The notes below the pieces were generated by a model. That model had not been told where the DNA came from and did not search any database. It was given only the letters and a program-made list of their open reading frames with translations. A stretch of 64,000 bases of DNA from Anaerolineae bacterium (GTDB taxonomy: Bacteria; Chloroflexota; Anaerolineae; UBA1429). The position numbers and the translations under genes are program-made. Where the stretch lies: NCBI GenBank assembly GCA_963675785.1, contig OY776562.1:64001-128000 (forward strand), in the 5' to 3' direction. Positions 60,851 to 64,000 of this stretch are shown here, one piece after another. The first letter of the stretch is position 1. The number at the start of each line of letters is the position of its first letter.

Positions 60851-61983
60851 AAAGCTTCCGTGTTGGCTTGAATGCCCATTTGCTATCGCAGAGTCAATCC
60901 TATCGACAGGCCGGTGTGAGTCGTTACATACATGGCCTGCTTGATTATTTGCCACTGGTCGACCCGACGCTCGATTTCCATGCTTATCTTGGCCAGAGCC
61001 ATGATGCCTTTCTTGGTTGGACGACGCATCATGCGGCAGATTGGACATCTACGAATCCTGCGGGGCGTATTCTTTGGGAGCAGACTGTGTTACCGGGGCA
61101 GACTCAACGCGACCGACTGGACCTTCTTCACGTCCCAGTGAATATTGCGCCTTTGTCTCACCACGGGGCCCTAGTAGCAACGATTCACGATCTGACTTTT
61201 ATGCGCTTTCCAGAAGCGTTCAAGCCAGAACGCCGTTTTTATCAGACTCAGTTTACGCGTTGTACGGCCAAACGAGCCGACAAGATCATTACGGGCTCTG
61301 GTACGAGCTACAATGATCTTGTTGAGCTACTGAATGTGCCGCCAGAGCGCATTGCTCTTGTGCCCGATGGCATCGACCCTCGGCTAGCGCGGGCGTCGCA
61401 AGCAGAGATCGAACGGTTTCGTGCTCAAAAAGAGTTGCCGGAGAGATTCTTTCTGTATGTAGGTACGCTTGAACCGCGCAAGAATCTCCCCTTCTTGTTA
61501 GAGGCTTATGCGCTGGCTTGCCGAGAGTTGCCGGCAGGCCACAAGCTGGTTCTGGCCGGAGGCAAAGGTTGGTACTATGAAGCGGTTTATGCGGCTGTAG
61601 AGCGCCTCGGCCTGAGTAAACGGGTTATCTTGCCAGGTTTTGTGCCTGATGAGGAATTAGCACTTTGGTATTCGGCGGCCGAGGTATTTGTTTACGCTTC
61701 GCTGTATGAAGGATTTGGTTTACCTCCGTTGGAGGCTATGGCCTGCGGCACGCCAGCTATTGTCTCTGATACCCCGGCTTTGTGCGAAGTCGTTGCTGAT
61801 GCGGGATTGATTGTTGGCACCGGGGATGTTGAGGCTATGGCCAGCGCTATGGTCAGTCTCGATCAGGATTTTGAACTGAGAGCCAGGCTCACTCACGCTT
61901 CTTTGAAAAGAGCCAGCCTCTATTCGTGGGAACGTACTGCCCGAGAGACCGCAGCAGTATACCGCACCATTCTTGGAGAATAA
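60847..61983 (+). CDS. Glycosyltransferase family 4
   Basis: TIHDL, GTLEPRKN, EGFGLPPLEAMACG. Confidence 0.92.
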   Translation: MKSFRVGLNAHLLSQSQSYRQAGVSRYIHGLLDYLPLVDPTLDFHAYLGQSHDAFLGWTTHHAADWTSTNPAGRILWEQTVLPGQTQRDRLDLLHVPVNIAPLSHHGALVATIHDLTFMRFPEAFKPERRFYQTQFTRCTAKRADKIITGSGTSYNDLVELLNVPPERIALVPDGIDPRLARASQAEIERFRAQKELPERFFLYVGTLEPRKNLPFLLEAYALACRELPAGHKLVLAGGKGWYYEAVYAAVERLGLSKRVILPGFVPDEELALWYSAAEVFVYASLYEGFGLPPLEAMACGTPAIVSDTPALCEVVADAGLIVGTGDVEAMASAMVSLDQDFELRARLTHASLKRASLYSWERTARETAAVYRTILGE

Positions 61984-63418
61984 CTTGCCTGGTAATGACG
62001 ATTCGGGTTATCGCGTATGGCGCAAAATCAAACCTGCAGTCGATGCGGCTTTGATTCTGGCGGCTTTTGCGATTGCTTATTGGTTCCGCTATGATTTACA
62101 GCTCATACGACAGGTTGAACCTGCCTTTCACGTTCGCTTTGGTGTCTATATTCCCAGTGTTTTGACCCTCATCGTGATTGTCCTCTTTTGGCTTTGGACA
62201 GAAGGATCCTACCACTCGACGCGAGGCCGTCTGCTAATCGACGAATGGGTGATCGTGTTCAAAGCTTCCATTACTGGTGTCGCCGTCGTCATTGTTCTCG
62301 TTTTTATGGCTACGCCCAGTTATTATTCACGGCTTATCTTTGCCTATGCGGGTGTAGCTATGGTTCTGCTATTGGGAGCTGCCAGAACCGTAGAACATGC
62401 AGTTCTTCGTAGGCGTCGACGTGTTGGAATTGGTGTGCGTCACATTCTGATTGTGGGTGCGGGTGAGATTGGCCGCACCCTTATGCGCAACGTTGTAGCA
62501 CGACCAGAGCTTTTCTATGTGATTGTGGGTTTTGTTGACGATGATCCACTCAAATCTCATACCGATATTGGGCCCTGTCCGGCTCTGGGCACAATAGACT
62601 CGCTTGATCGTATCATCGCCGAGCGCCAGGTAGATGAAGTGATTGTCACTCTTCCGTGGGTCTATCATGATAGAATCAGCGAGATCATGGGCACGTGCGA
62701 AGAAATCAATGTCGAAGTGAGAATTGTCCCCGACCTATTCCGCACACGCCTTAGTAGCGTCAAGATAGAGACCATCAATGGTGTGCCACTCTTGAGTCTG
62801 GCCGATACGCGGCTGAGCGAAACACAATCTGTGCTCAAACGCGTGATCGACATTGTCATCTCGATTGTGGGGCTGATCATTCTTAGTCCACTTATGTTGC
62901 TCATTTCTCTGGCAATCAAGATCGATTCCCGGGGGCCTGTTTTCTTTAGACAAGAACGTGTGGGCATGGGCGGGAAACCCTTTACGATTACAAAGTTCCG
63001 CACCATGTGTGCCGACGCTGAGAATCTCAAGGCATCTTTGGTCGACAAGAATGAGGCAACAGGCCCCATATTTAAAATCAAAGATGACCCTCGCCGAACA
63101 CGTTTGGGGCGCTTTTTGCGGCATGGCCTGGACGAGCTGCCTCAGCTCTGGAATGTGCTTTGCGGTGAGATGAGTTTCATTGGTCCTCGTCCGCCTACGC
63201 CGGATGAAGTTGAAAAATACGAACCCTGGCATATGCGTCGACTTGAGGTGCGGCCCGGTATTACCGGGCTCTGGCAGGTGAGCGGGAGGAGCGATCTCTC
63301 GTTCGATGAGATGGTTTTACTCGACACATATTACATTGAGAATTGGTCCCTCATGCTCGACTTTCGGATCGTTTTTAAGACGATTCCGGCTGTTCTTACT
63401 GGTAGCGGCGGGTACTAG
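61973..63418 (+). CDS. Undecaprenyl-phosphate sugar phosphotransferase (WcaJ/WbaP type)
   Basis: KFRTM, DELPQL.NVL.GEMS.IGPRP, PGITGLWQV. Confidence 0.92.
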   Translation: MENNLPGNDDSGYRVWRKIKPAVDAALILAAFAIAYWFRYDLQLIRQVEPAFHVRFGVYIPSVLTLIVIVLFWLWTEGSYHSTRGRLLIDEWVIVFKASITGVAVVIVLVFMATPSYYSRLIFAYAGVAMVLLLGAARTVEHAVLRRRRRVGIGVRHILIVGAGEIGRTLMRNVVARPELFYVIVGFVDDDPLKSHTDIGPCPALGTIDSLDRIIAERQVDEVIVTLPWVYHDRISEIMGTCEEINVEVRIVPDLFRTRLSSVKIETINGVPLLSLADTRLSETQSVLKRVIDIVISIVGLIILSPLMLLISLAIKIDSRGPVFFRQERVGMGGKPFTITKFRTMCADAENLKASLVDKNEATGPIFKIKDDPRRTRLGRFLRHGLDELPQLWNVLCGEMSFIGPRPPTPDEVEKYEPWHMRRLEVRPGITGLWQVSGRSDLSFDEMVLLDTYYIENWSLMLDFRIVFKTIPAVLTGSGGY

Positions 63419-63448
63419 TCTCGACAAGATGTTGTTCGGAGAGGCTCT

Positions 63449-64000
63449 ATGGCAATTGATGCAAGACAGATTAAAAGTGATGCGGTAACTGCACTGTGTC
63501 AGGAACTCGTTCGTATCCCCAGCATTTCAGGTTCAGAGGGGGCGATTGCAGACCTATTACAGCGCGAGCTCTCACAGTTGGGTTTGGATGTGTTGGTCGA
63601 TGATTACGGCAATGTAATCGGCCGCATGGGTCCGACATCGGACAAGACCCTACTTTTTGATGGGCATATGGATACCGTTACAGCCATGTACCCCGAAACG
63701 TGGACTCATGCTCCTTTTGGCGGCGAATTGGCCAATGGTGCTGTGTATGGCCGCGGTAGCACGGATATGAAAGGCAGTATCGCCTCCATGGTGGCTGCAA
63801 TACGTGCCCTGGTTGAAGGGGGTTTTGCGCCCAATGGGCAGCTTGTGGTGGCTTTTGTCGTGCAAGAAGAACCTTGTGAAGGGGCCGCTATTGGCCACGT
63901 ACTGGAGGGTCAGGATATCCATCCTGATTGGGTAGTCCTAGGTGAGCCGACCCATCTACAGCTGGCCCGCGGACATCGGGGTCGTTTAGAGATAGAGATC
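63449..64000 (+). CDS. M20 metallopeptidase/deacylase, runs off the right edge
   Basis: Manually translated: L.RIPS.SG.E, FDGHMDTV, GRGSTDMKG, QEE, GEPT. Confidence 0.88.
   Translation, partial: MAIDARQIKSDAVTALCQELVRIPSISGSEGAIADLLQRELSQLGLDVLVDDYGNVIGRMGPTSDKTLLFDGHMDTVTAMYPETWTHAPFGGELANGAVYGRGSTDMKGSIASMVAAIRALVEGGFAPNGQLVVAFVVQEEPCEGAAIGHVLEGQDIHPDWVVLGEPTHLQLARGHRGRLEIEI

Overview
Bacterial chromosomal window. Gene style (HEAT-repeat protein, opp operon with two OppA, SH3 membrane protein, HNH-containing DUF1998 helicase) suggests an Anaerolineae-like Chloroflexota genome, which is inference only. The core scaffold is tRNA-Ser/tadA/rlmD on the left and, on the right, rpsO-pnp-lepB, oppABC-A2-DF, an ECF sigma factor, ligA, a DUF1998 helicase, a heterodimeric ABC exporter, a disulfide reductase, tRNA-Leu, glycosyltransferases and an M20 peptidase. 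Between rlmD and rpsO (about 7.0-34.9 kb) lies a ~28 kb accessory region of mostly small, same-strand genes (GNATs, nucleotidyltransferases, APH, Nudix, HD, HAD, MazG, VOC, DUF1801), several of them frameshifted. No integrase or transposase is visible. Main observations: (1) the 3' end of rlmD occurs three times (HVE motif at 6956, 8381, 9826); the last two copies bracket an AT-rich mini-module whose small genes are separated by a degenerate 17-bp motif and which ends in four ~30-bp-period repeats; (2) a 16-bp near-duplicate of the tRNA-Ser 3' end delimits a one-gene islet; (3) an MrfA/Hrq1-type helicase next to ligA carries an in-frame HNH nuclease insertion; (4) tadA reads into the tRNA-Ser gene. 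All calls come from manual motif recognition; no database searches were run.
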